A DNA stretch of 64,000 nt from Bacteroidia bacterium (lineage in GTDB: Bacteria > Bacteroidota > Bacteroidia > NS11-12g > UBA955), in assembly GCA_044373665.1 (NCBI GenBank), contig JBIPNH010000002.1, forward strand, positions 3,421 through 67,420, given 5' to 3'. Under the pieces are notes generated by a model. That model was given only the letters and a program-made list of their open reading frames with translations. It ran no database searches and had not been told where the DNA came from. A program made the translations under genes and the position numbers. Positions 29,447 through 37,866 of this stretch are shown piece after piece (the stretch's first letter is position 1; each line of letters begins with the position of its first letter).

Positions 29447-30445
29447 ATGGAACAACAAAACGAATGGAGCCAATTAGAATCCGGAAGAGAGGCTATAGAT
29501 TTGCAAACATTACAACAGCAAGTAGAAGCTATTCGACACGAAATTCATAAGGTAATAGTAGGTCAGGATGAGCTTATCAATTTATTATTAGCGGGCTTGT
29601 TTACAAAAGGACATGTGCTTATTGAAGGGGTCCCAGGAATCGCCAAAACCCTTACTGTGAATTTGCTGGCCAAAACGCTTAATTTGAATTTCAAAAGAAT
29701 TCAGTTTACTCCTGATTTAATGCCCGCCGATGTTACAGGAACGAGTGTTTATAACACCAAAACCAATGATTTTGAGTTTAAAAAAGGACCTATTTTCTCA
29801 AATATTGTGCTAATAGATGAAATTAATAGAGCGCCAGCCAAAACACAAGCTGCATTGTTCGAAGTAATGGAGGAACAGCAAGTAACGATCGATGGAATAA
29901 CCTATCAGCTAGAATCGCCATTTATGGTTATGGCAACCCAAAATCCTATTGAACAAGAAGGGACTTACAAATTACCTGAAGCTCAACAAGACCGTTTTTT
30001 ATTTAGGGTGAAAATTAATTACCCAAGCTTGGAAGAAGAAATTGAAATTATAACAAGGTTTGAAGGAGATTTCAGTCAATTAGCTATCAAAGAAGTTAAG
30101 CAAGTAATGACTTCAGAGGCCATAGTAAAGTGTCAATCTTTGGTCGAAAAAGTGTTTATTAAAGAATCTTTGATTAGATACATTGCTGAAATTATACACC
30201 ACACCCGAAATACCAAGGATTTGGTTTTGGGAGCTTCACCAAGAGCTTCGATGGCTATAGTAAAAACAGCCAAAGCGCTTGCCGCTATTCAAGGTAGAGA
30301 TTTTGTAACGCCTGATGATATTCAATATGCGGCATTTCCAGTGTTAAACCACCGTGTTATTTTATCGCCCGAAAAAGAAATGGAAGGGTTCGATGTGCAG
30401 TCTATTTTACAAGAGTTATTTTTGAATATTGAAGTGCCTAGGTAA
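29447..30445 (+). CDS. MoxR-family AAA+ ATPase
   Basis: Walker A is GVPGIAKT and Walker B is VLIDEINRA. ATQNPIEQEGTYKLPEAQQDRF is the classic MoxR signature. Confidence 0.92.
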   Translation: MEQQNEWSQLESGREAIDLQTLQQQVEAIRHEIHKVIVGQDELINLLLAGLFTKGHVLIEGVPGIAKTLTVNLLAKTLNLNFKRIQFTPDLMPADVTGTSVYNTKTNDFEFKKGPIFSNIVLIDEINRAPAKTQAALFEVMEEQQVTIDGITYQLESPFMVMATQNPIEQEGTYKLPEAQQDRFLFRVKINYPSLEEEIEIITRFEGDFSQLAIKEVKQVMTSEAIVKCQSLVEKVFIKESLIRYIAEIIHHTRNTKDLVLGASPRASMAIVKTAKALAAIQGRDFVTPDDIQYAAFPVLNHRVILSPEKEMEGFDVQSILQELFLNIEVPR

Positions 30446-30447
30446 AA

Positions 30448-31779
30448 ATGAAACAAGTCAATAACATCTTTATTGGTAAGCGGTTTTTTATGCTTTTATG
30501 GGTTGTTATAGCCCTGTTTTGCATCAGTTTTGCCTTTAAGCCATTGTTTTTGATTTCTGTCTTTTTAACATTTGCAATCTTTTCTCTTTTGTTGCTCGAT
30601 TTGCTTTGGATATACAGTAAATGGGTAATGGTTCAAGCACTCAGAAAAACATCTAAATTACTATCTCTCAACGATGAAAATCAAGTGGAAATTGTAATCA
30701 GAAATTTAAGCAATAGAAAATGGACTGTTGAGGTTGTAGACGAGTTGCCTTTTCAGTTGCAAAATCGCGATTTTTCTATGCATTGCTCCTTGTCTGCTTA
30801 TGAAAATAAAGTTTTAAATTATGTGATTAAACCTTTAAGCAGAGGTATTTACAATTTTGGTAACTTGAATTTATTTATTCAAAGTCCTTTAAAATTAATT
30901 CAACGCAGAATTGTGGTAGAAATCAAACAATCTGTTCCTGTTTATCCAAGTATCATTCAAATGAAGAAGTTTGAACTGTACACTTTTTCTAAAATTTCAA
31001 GTCTTTATGGCATTAAAAAAATGCGCAGAATTGGTCACAGTTATGAGTTTGAACAAATAAGGAATTATGTAAGAGGCGATGATGTGCGTCAAATTAATTG
31101 GAAATCGACAGCGCGAAATCAAAAGTTGATGATTAATCAGCATGAAGATGAAAAATCACAACCCATTTATCATGTTATTGATAAAAGTAGAACAATGTTG
31201 TTGCCATTTGAAGGCTTAAGTTTATTGGATTATTCCATTAATAGCGCTTTGGTAACAAGTAATGTTTCATTAAAAAAATCTGACAAGGTAGGTTTGCTCA
31301 CCTTTTCCGACGTTATTGGAACAGCCATCAAAGCCGAACGAAAAGTAGGGCAACTTAATCAATTGTTAGAAGCGCTTTACAACCAAAAAGAAAGAAATTT
31401 AGAAGCTAATTATGAGCTAATGTATCACAGTGTCAATAGACTTGTAAAAACCCGAAGTTTATTGTTTTTATATACAAATTTCGAAAGTACTTACAGCATG
31501 AAAAGGGTTTTACCGATTTTAAAAAGACTCAATAAACAGCATTTATTAGTCGTAATATTCTTTGAAAATACAGCAATTATGGAAATGAGTAATAAAGAAG
31601 CTGTTGATTTAAAAGGAATTTATACTCAAATAGTGGCTGAACAAACCATTCACGAAAAGAAAATTATAGTGAACGAACTTCACAATGCAGGTATTCAAAC
31701 TATATACACTCGACCGCAAGACTTGTCTTTACAAACCCTTAATAAATACCTCGAATTGAAATCGAGAGGATTGATTTAG
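30448..31779 (+). CDS. DUF58 (vWA-like) protein, MoxR partner
   Basis: Two N-terminal TM helices and the hallmark IRNYVRGDDVRQINWKSTAR motif. It lies immediately downstream of moxR. Confidence 0.85.
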   Translation: MKQVNNIFIGKRFFMLLWVVIALFCISFAFKPLFLISVFLTFAIFSLLLLDLLWIYSKWVMVQALRKTSKLLSLNDENQVEIVIRNLSNRKWTVEVVDELPFQLQNRDFSMHCSLSAYENKVLNYVIKPLSRGIYNFGNLNLFIQSPLKLIQRRIVVEIKQSVPVYPSIIQMKKFELYTFSKISSLYGIKKMRRIGHSYEFEQIRNYVRGDDVRQINWKSTARNQKLMINQHEDEKSQPIYHVIDKSRTMLLPFEGLSLLDYSINSALVTSNVSLKKSDKVGLLTFSDVIGTAIKAERKVGQLNQLLEALYNQKERNLEANYELMYHSVNRLVKTRSLLFLYTNFESTYSMKRVLPILKRLNKQHLLVVIFFENTAIMEMSNKEAVDLKGIYTQIVAEQTIHEKKIIVNELHNAGIQTIYTRPQDLSLQTLNKYLELKSRGLI

Positions 31780-31794
31780 CAGAATATTAAGGAG

Positions 31795-31821
31795 TTAGGT
31801 GAATGTTAACAGTAGATGATT
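31795..31821 (+). repeat. Imperfect 27-bp direct repeat, copy 1 (TTAGGTGAATGTTAACAGTAGATGATT)
   Basis: 22/27 identity to 31851-31877. The conserved ends are TTAGGTGA and GTAGATGATT. Confidence 0.6.
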
Positions 31822-31850
31822 AGTCTTAACATTAAAGGATTTTATTGCAA

Positions 31851-31877
31851 TTAGGTGATATTTAATTGTAGATGATT
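31851..31877 (+). repeat. Imperfect 27-bp direct repeat, copy 2 (TTAGGTGATATTTAATTGTAGATGATT)
   Basis: 22/27 identity to 31795-31821, offset by 56 bp. Confidence 0.6.
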
Positions 31878-31947
31878 TTAATCAGATAATCGACTATTTT
31901 TAACAAAAACGGAATCGCAAATATGTCATTATGTCATATTTATTTTG

Positions 31948-31955
31948 TAGTTTTG
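31948..31955 (+). promoter_or_regulatory. -7 promoter box TAGTTTTG upstream of miaB
   Basis: Perfect TAnnTTTG, 8 nt upstream of the ATG at 31964. It lies inside the longer 31931 ORF, which argues for the 31964 start. Confidence 0.4.
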
Positions 31956-31963
31956 CATTCCCT

Positions 31964-33379
31964 ATGCAAGACGAGCTAATTTTATCCAATAATCAAACCA
32001 ATACTAAGACCGACAAAAGGCAACTTTACATCGAAAGTTATGGTTGTGCTATGAATTTTAGCGACAGTGAAATTATTGGTTCTATTATGTCAGAGAACGG
32101 GTTTGAGTATACAAAAGATGAATTTAGTGCGGATGTTATTTTTTTGAATACTTGTGCAATTCGTGACAATGCAGAGCAAAAAATTAGAGACCGTTTAAAA
32201 CATTTAAGAAACAATAAAAGAAAAAATTCTGATTTAATCATTGGGGTATTGGGCTGCATGGCAGAAAGATTAAAGACTAAATTACTTGAGGAAGAAAAAT
32301 TAGTTGATATAGTGGCTGGTCCCGATTCTTACAGAGATTTACCCAATTTGGTGGCCGAAGTGGAAACTGGAAATAGGGCTATTAATGTTTTGTTGAGTAG
32401 GGAAGAAACTTATGCCGAAATCTCGCCGTTAAGATTAAATACTAACGGAATTTCTGCTTTTGTAAGTATCATGCGTGGTTGTGATAATATGTGTTCTTTT
32501 TGTGTAGTGCCTTTTACACGTGGAAGGGAAAGAAGTAGAGACCCACAAACCATATTGGAAGAAGTGAAAATACTGGGTGACAATGGTTATAAGGAAATAA
32601 CATTGTTAGGGCAAAATGTAGACAGTTATTTGTGGTTTGGAGGCGGTCCGAAAATGGACTACAAAAATGCAAGTGATGAACAAAAAGAAAATGCAGTTAA
32701 TTTTGCTCAGTTACTTGAAAAGGTAGCACTCGTTCACCCAACAATGCGCATCAGATTTAGCACTTCGCATCCTAAGGATATTAACGACGATGTGTTGCAT
32801 ACGATTGCCAAATATTCCAATATTTGCAATCATATTCACTTACCTGCCCAAAGTGGAAGTAGCCGTTTGTTGGAAGCCATGAATAGAACCTACTCAAGAG
32901 AATGGTACTTGGAAAGAATTAATAAAATTAAAGAAATTATACCCAATTGCAGTATCAGTTGTGATATTATTGCAGGGTTTTGCACCGAAACAGAAGAAGA
33001 CCATCAAGCGACTTTGTCATTAATGGATGAATGTAAGTTTATCTTCAGTTATATGTACAAATACTCTGAACGACCGGGAACGTTGGCGCAGAAAAAAATG
33101 CAAGATGATGTACCCGAGGAAACTAAGTCGCGCAGACTTTCGGAAATTATTACAATGCAAAGTAAAATTTCTTTAGAAAATAATCAGAAGATGATAGGAA
33201 AAGTAGTGAGAGTATTAATAGACAGTGTTTCCAAAAAAAGTGAAATGGATTTATGTGGTCGTAATGATCAAAATAATATCATTGTCTTTCCTAAAGAAGA
33301 TTTCCAACTTGGAGATTACGCAGATGTGTTAATTGAAAGAGCTACAGGTACAACATTAATTGGTAAAGCCGTTAAATAA
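31964..33379 (+). CDS. miaB: tRNA-2-methylthio-N6-dimethylallyladenosine synthase
   Basis: UPF0004 N-domain ([10 protein letters not shown]), radical-SAM [11 protein letters not shown] (CxxxCxxC) and a C-terminal TRAM domain. Confidence 0.93.
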   Translation: MQDELILSNNQTNTKTDKRQLYIESYGCAMNFSDSEIIGSIMSENGFEYTKDEFSADVIFLNTCAIRDNAEQKIRDRLKHLRNNKRKNSDLIIGVLGCMAERLKTKLLEEEKLVDIVAGPDSYRDLPNLVAEVETGNRAINVLLSREETYAEISPLRLNTNGISAFVSIMRGCDNMCSFCVVPFTRGRERSRDPQTILEEVKILGDNGYKEITLLGQNVDSYLWFGGGPKMDYKNASDEQKENAVNFAQLLEKVALVHPTMRIRFSTSHPKDINDDVLHTIAKYSNICNHIHLPAQSGSSRLLEAMNRTYSREWYLERINKIKEIIPNCSISCDIIAGFCTETEEDHQATLSLMDECKFIFSYMYKYSERPGTLAQKKMQDDVPEETKSRRLSEIITMQSKISLENNQKMIGKVVRVLIDSVSKKSEMDLCGRNDQNNIIVFPKEDFQLGDYADVLIERATGTTLIGKAVK

Positions 33380-34641
33380 TGCAATTACAAGGGATAAAAA
33401 ATAGGTTTGAAATTGTAGGAAATTCACCTGCATTAAACCACGCATTAGAAACCGCGATAAAAGTAGCACCTACAGACATGAGTGTGTTAATTTTAGGAGA
33501 AAGTGGAGTAGGGAAAGAGTCGTTTTCTAAAATAATACATGCACAAAGTGCCCGTAAACATGCCAATTTTATAGCGGTTAACTGTGGTGCAATTCCTGAA
33601 GGAACCATTGATTCGGAATTGTTTGGTCACGAAAAAGGCTCATTTACAGGAGCTACAGATGCCCGAAAAGGGTATTTTGAAACCGTAAGTGGTGGTACTA
33701 TATTTTTGGATGAAGTAGGTGAACTACCCTTAGGCACACAAGCCCGATTGCTGCGTGTTCTCGAAAATGGAGAATACATTAAAGTGGGTTCTTCGAAAGT
33801 GTTAAAAACCAATGTAAGAGTAATAGCTGCCACAAACAGAGATTTACTCGAGAGAGCGCAACAAGGTAAGTTTAGAGAAGATTTGTATTACCGACTTGCC
33901 ACTGTGCCCATTAGAGTTCCTAAATTATCTGAAAGAAAAGAGGATGTTTATTTACTGTTTAGAAAATTTGCAAGTGCTTTTGCCGAAAAAAACCATGCCC
34001 CACTTGTAGGTTTAACTGAGGAAGCACAAGAATTATTGAACAATTACGCTTGGCCAGGAAATATTCGTCAATTAAAAAATGTGACGGAGCAAATTTGTGT
34101 CCTAGAGTCGGAAAATAATCCAATAAGTGGCGAAATACTCAGCTACTATTTGCCTCGACCAGTTTCTAATTTACCACAATTGGCAAGCTCTAATGAGGGA
34201 CAAACTCAAGGGTTCAGCGAAAGAGATATTTTTTATAAGTTCTTAATTGAAATGAAAAAAGACGTGAGTGAACTTAAAAGGATAGTGATGGGATTAATTG
34301 AAAATAATTCCAATCGTGAGGAATTTATTAAAAAACATCAGTCGGAGATAAACCATGTTCTCTATAACCAAGAGCCTGATTTTGATGAAGTAGACCAAAA
34401 GCAAGCTATTATTATTCCCTCAAGCACAGTTATTGCCACCAATAAAGAGAGTTTTATAGAAGTTCAGCCACTAGACGACCATATTTTGGGCTCCTTGACT
34501 ATAGCAGACCAAGAGTTGGAAATGATAAAAAATGCATTAAAGCGAAATAAAGGGAAAAGAAACCGAGCTGCCAAAGAACTTGGTATTTCTGAGCGCACCC
34601 TTTATCGTAAAATTAAACAATACAATTTAGAAGATTTTTAA
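33379..34641 (+). CDS. Sigma-54-dependent transcriptional activator (AAA+ and Fis-type HTH, no receiver domain)
   Basis: Walker A GESGVGKE, a GAFTGA-type loop (EKGSFTGA), R-finger region and a C-terminal HTH (NRAAKELGISERTLYRKIKQY). Confidence 0.9.
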   Translation: MQLQGIKNRFEIVGNSPALNHALETAIKVAPTDMSVLILGESGVGKESFSKIIHAQSARKHANFIAVNCGAIPEGTIDSELFGHEKGSFTGATDARKGYFETVSGGTIFLDEVGELPLGTQARLLRVLENGEYIKVGSSKVLKTNVRVIAATNRDLLERAQQGKFREDLYYRLATVPIRVPKLSERKEDVYLLFRKFASAFAEKNHAPLVGLTEEAQELLNNYAWPGNIRQLKNVTEQICVLESENNPISGEILSYYLPRPVSNLPQLASSNEGQTQGFSERDIFYKFLIEMKKDVSELKRIVMGLIENNSNREEFIKKHQSEINHVLYNQEPDFDEVDQKQAIIIPSSTVIATNKESFIEVQPLDDHILGSLTIADQELEMIKNALKRNKGKRNRAAKELGISERTLYRKIKQYNLEDF

Positions 34642-35147
34642 TGAAATATAAAGGATTAATTTTAGGACTTATTTTATTGAGCTTGTCTGCTTGTAAGTCA
34701 TGCAAATACAGTTTGTCGGGTATCAATATTCCCGCAGATGTAAGCAACATCAGCATTGCTTATTTCAATAATCAAGCGAGTTTGGTAAATCCATCTATCA
34801 GTCAGAAGTTTACCGAGCAATTGAAAGATAAATTTATGAGAGAAACTTCATTAGCAATTGTTCCGCAAAATGGAGATTTCAAAATAACGGGGTCAATTAC
34901 GGATTATAGAATTCAACCATCAGCAACAACAAATACTACAGAAGCGGCTAAAAATAGATTTTCTATGACTGTAAATGTTGTGTTTGAATGTCCTAAACAT
35001 AAAGAAATGAATTTTACTGAGCAAATTACCAAATTTCAGGAGTTTAACGCTACAGAGAATTTTCAAACCATAGAAAATAGATTGTCGGAAGAGGTAAGTA
35101 CACAAATAATTCAAGAAATATTTAATAAAGTAGCTCTAAAGTGGTAA
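34641..35147 (+). CDS. LptE-like LPS-assembly lipoprotein
   Basis: 168 aa with a lipobox (LSLSAC). Its size and position between the sigma54 activator and secG match the conserved flavobacterial synteny. Confidence 0.55.
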   Translation: MKYKGLILGLILLSLSACKSCKYSLSGINIPADVSNISIAYFNNQASLVNPSISQKFTEQLKDKFMRETSLAIVPQNGDFKITGSITDYRIQPSATTNTTEAAKNRFSMTVNVVFECPKHKEMNFTEQITKFQEFNATENFQTIENRLSEEVSTQIIQEIFNKVALKW

Positions 35148-36559
35148 TGGACAGCAATAGAATATCAGCCCTATATCTAAAGCCAGAATTAATAAGTTCT
35201 GAGGATGTAGATGGTTTAAAAAAGGTGATTGAAAACGCACCCTATTATTATTTACCCTATGTGCTTTTAGCCAAATTTTATGTCAATGAAAATGAAAAAG
35301 AATTTGACTATTATCTTCGTCATGCCGCTATTAGAGTCAACAATAGAGAGGCTCTTTATCAGTATATTCACCAAAATGAAACGGTAAAAAGTAAAGATAG
35401 TTTAGAAGTAGTTTCTAATAGTAATGCCATCGATAATTCAGTAACGATTACAACTCAAGAATCTGAAATTATTGTTGAAAAACAAAGTGTCGAAGAAGAA
35501 ATTGCAACAGAAGAATTGCCACAACTGGAGGAAATTAAGCCGCCTATCAATGATTTGGAGGCATTTTTAAAGGATGATGAAGTAGAATTGCCTGAAAATA
35601 CTGAAGTTGAGCTTATTCAACAAGACACAATAGAGGAGGTTGAAGAAATTGTTTTTGAATTGCGACACAATAATGAGTCGTCTGTAACAGATGAATTGCC
35701 ATTACAGGAAACAGAGGATTTAGAATTGGTTGACACTGAATTCACTTTTTCTACTCAACATCAACAAATGGAGGAAATTACTGAATCCATTCCGTCAGAC
35801 AATGAGACAGTATTGGAAACAAAAGAAGAGCCGAAAGAGGAGTCCCAAGAAACTCATAGTGTTGAGCAAAATGAGGTGTCTACAACGGCAGAAGAATTGG
35901 TAGAGGTGTTAATTGATGAAAATACGGACCCTTTCAAAACAGAAGAAATAGTAGTTGAAGAGCTTACAGAAATTGCAGAAACCCAGATAGAAGAAACGGA
36001 AGAGGAAATACAAGAAATAGAAAAAGAGAGTTTGCAATTAGATAGTCAGACAGAGGAATTGCATAAAACGCCAAATGATTCTCAAAAAGAATTAGAACAG
36101 TTTTTAAATTTAAGAAAAAACCCTATTTATAATTTAGAAGTTGAGTTAAACAGTAAACAGAAAGAAAGAGAAACCGCCACTTCGGAGAAAGATTTTTTCG
36201 CTTGGCTCAAGCAGCCTAAAGTAGCCACAGAAATGGTTGAAAAATCAAACGAAGATGAGTTAATAACCGTTGATAATGTTGAAGAAGAAGTAGAGGAAGA
36301 CGATATTATTGCGAGGTTCATCAAAAAGAATCCTCAAATTTCGAGACCTAAGAAAGAATTTTACAATGCCGAAAACATGGCAAAGAAAAGTGAGGTTTTT
36401 GAATTGGATTTTGTAACCGAAACATTAGCACAACTATACCAACAACAAGGAGATATTAGTTTGGCAATAAAAGCATACGAAAAATTAATTTTGCAAAATC
36501 CTTCAAAAAAGGCGTATTTTGCATCCCTTATCGAAAATCTTAAAAAAGAAAAAAAATAA
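35147..36559 (+). CDS. Acidic (Glu-rich) protein with C-terminal TPR-like helix pair
   Basis: The ATG at 35147 overlaps the lptE-like stop (the ORF is open from a GTG at 35141). The central ~240 aa are strongly Glu/Thr/Ile-rich. The C-terminal LAQLYQQQGDISLAIKAYEKLILQNPSK is TPR-like. Confidence 0.6.
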   Translation: MDSNRISALYLKPELISSEDVDGLKKVIENAPYYYLPYVLLAKFYVNENEKEFDYYLRHAAIRVNNREALYQYIHQNETVKSKDSLEVVSNSNAIDNSVTITTQESEIIVEKQSVEEEIATEELPQLEEIKPPINDLEAFLKDDEVELPENTEVELIQQDTIEEVEEIVFELRHNNESSVTDELPLQETEDLELVDTEFTFSTQHQQMEEITESIPSDNETVLETKEEPKEESQETHSVEQNEVSTTAEELVEVLIDENTDPFKTEEIVVEELTEIAETQIEETEEEIQEIEKESLQLDSQTEELHKTPNDSQKELEQFLNLRKNPIYNLEVELNSKQKERETATSEKDFFAWLKQPKVATEMVEKSNEDELITVDNVEEEVEEDDIIARFIKKNPQISRPKKEFYNAENMAKKSEVFELDFVTETLAQLYQQQGDISLAIKAYEKLILQNPSKKAYFASLIENLKKEKK

Positions 36560-36562
36560 ATT

Positions 36563-36934
36563 ATGTTAAGTATCATATTAATAATAGGTCTAATTGCAGC
36601 CGCTTTAATTATTGGAATTATCTTAATTCAAAACCCCAAAGGTGGAGGATTAGCTTCTAATTTCTCTTCAAGTAACCAAATGTTTGGTGTACAAAGAACC
36701 TCAGAAGGCGTAGAGAAACTAACTTGGATTTTTGCAGCTGTAATATTAGTGGTTTCTCTTGTGGCAAGTTCATACAACGGTGCTTCTACTGTAGGTACGG
36801 GTAAAGTTGAGGCAAAAGATGCTAAAATTAACGAATTAATTAATGCACCAGCGGCTAAAGGGAATACAACACCAGCAGCACCTGCAGCACCATCACAAGA
36901 TGCTGCTCAACCAATGACACAACCAACTCCTTAA
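36563..36934 (+). CDS. secG: Preprotein translocase subunit SecG
   Basis: Two TM helices, the LIQNPKGGGL motif and a Pro/Ala-rich tail. Confidence 0.85.
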   Translation: MLSIILIIGLIAAALIIGIILIQNPKGGGLASNFSSSNQMFGVQRTSEGVEKLTWIFAAVILVVSLVASSYNGASTVGTGKVEAKDAKINELINAPAAKGNTTPAAPAAPSQDAAQPMTQPTP

Positions 36935-36956
36935 TAGGAAAATAAATAAAATCTTT

Positions 36957-36988
36957 AAAAGGCGATTATTTTAATCGCCATTTTTTTT
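36957..36988. terminator. Bidirectional rho-independent terminator
   Basis: AAAA-GGCGATTA-ttt-TAATCGCC-a-TTTTTTTT. The 8-bp stem is flanked by an A-run and a T8 run. It sits between the convergent secG (+) and the beta-barrel gene (-). Confidence 0.8.
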
Positions 36989-36989
36989 A

Positions 36990-37697
36990 TTAGTCAATGG
37001 CGTAGGCTATGCCTATTTTAATATTTTTGTTAAATATTTTGGCATCTTTAATGCCGTTTAAGTCAAAGGTTTTTAAACTTAAATCAGGTTGAATATTAAT
37101 TCCTAATTTCCCTTTTAGTAAAAAAGAAAAGTTGTTTTGGATGTAATATTGATTGCCATTAGAAAAGGAACTTTTGGCATCAGTAAACATAATGTCATAC
37201 CCTAACAAACTAGTATAACTCAACCATTTTTTTAGTCTGATTTTAGTACCTAAAACCACCCCGGTATTGAAAGCATCAATAATATTTTTTGCTTTAGCCG
37301 AAGGGGCACTGTAAAAAGTTCTTGAGTCTAAATTGATTCCTATTCCCAAACTAAAATCATCTCCTTTTATAAAGTTAATTCCATAAGTTGCGGTAAAAAC
37401 AGGTAGGTCCAAACCATATACTTTGTTGGTATCATTAAAAACGCTCGAATCTTTATTGCCATTCATTAAATAACGGACCAACCAAGTGGCATCCATTCTA
37501 AAAAACTTTTTTTCATTAAAATGTACATAGTTGAATGATAATCCTGAGGTGTTAATGTTTTTTCCTCTTTCGGTAATTGTTTTTGGAACAGCACCTGCTT
37601 GTAAAAAGTTGAGAGATGTAATGCGCTCTTGCGCAGCTATGGTAGTGCAAATGCCAAAAGAAAAAACAAAAACAATGCGTTTTATAAAGAAATTCAT
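36990..37697 (-). CDS. Putative outer-membrane beta-barrel protein
   Basis: The signal peptide MNFFIKRIVFVFSFGICTTIAAQ starts from the ATG at 37697 (an alternative ATG lies at 37739). It has alternating amphipathic beta strands and an aromatic-rich C-terminus. Confidence 0.5.
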   Translation of the reverse strand: MNFFIKRIVFVFSFGICTTIAAQERITSLNFLQAGAVPKTITERGKNINTSGLSFNYVHFNEKKFFRMDATWLVRYLMNGNKDSSVFNDTNKVYGLDLPVFTATYGINFIKGDDFSLGIGINLDSRTFYSAPSAKAKNIIDAFNTGVVLGTKIRLKKWLSYTSLLGYDIMFTDAKSSFSNGNQYYIQNNFSFLLKGKLGINIQPDLSLKTFDLNGIKDAKIFNKNIKIGIAYAID

Positions 37698-37755
37698 CGG
37701 TGAATAAATAGAGAAGCAATTGGTTCTATACAGGTTCATCTAATTTTTTTTTCTA

Positions 37756-37763
37756 CAAATGTA
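37756..37763 (-). promoter_or_regulatory. -7 promoter box TACATTTG upstream of beta-barrel gene
   Basis: Perfect TAnnTTTG on the minus strand, 16 nt upstream of the ATG at 37739. Confidence 0.35.
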
Positions 37764-37855
37764 TAAATATATGATTAAACGTCAATACATCATTTGTATT
37801 ATTCAAATAATGGAGAATTAAACTTGGATATTCTTTTTGTTTAATGCATTAAATG

Positions 37856-37863
37856 TATCTTTG
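37856..37863 (+). promoter_or_regulatory. -7 promoter box TATCTTTG upstream of metG
   Basis: Perfect TAnnTTTG, 3 nt before the ATG at 37867 and 9 nt before the ATG at 37873. Confidence 0.4.
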
Positions 37864-37866
37864 CCA

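Noticed and set aside
31964-36934. miaB, sigma54 activator, lptE-like, acidic protein, secG block as a candidate new system
   Set aside because: This gene order is a conserved housekeeping synteny in flavobacterial genomes as far as I recall. Only the acidic protein is uncharacterised.
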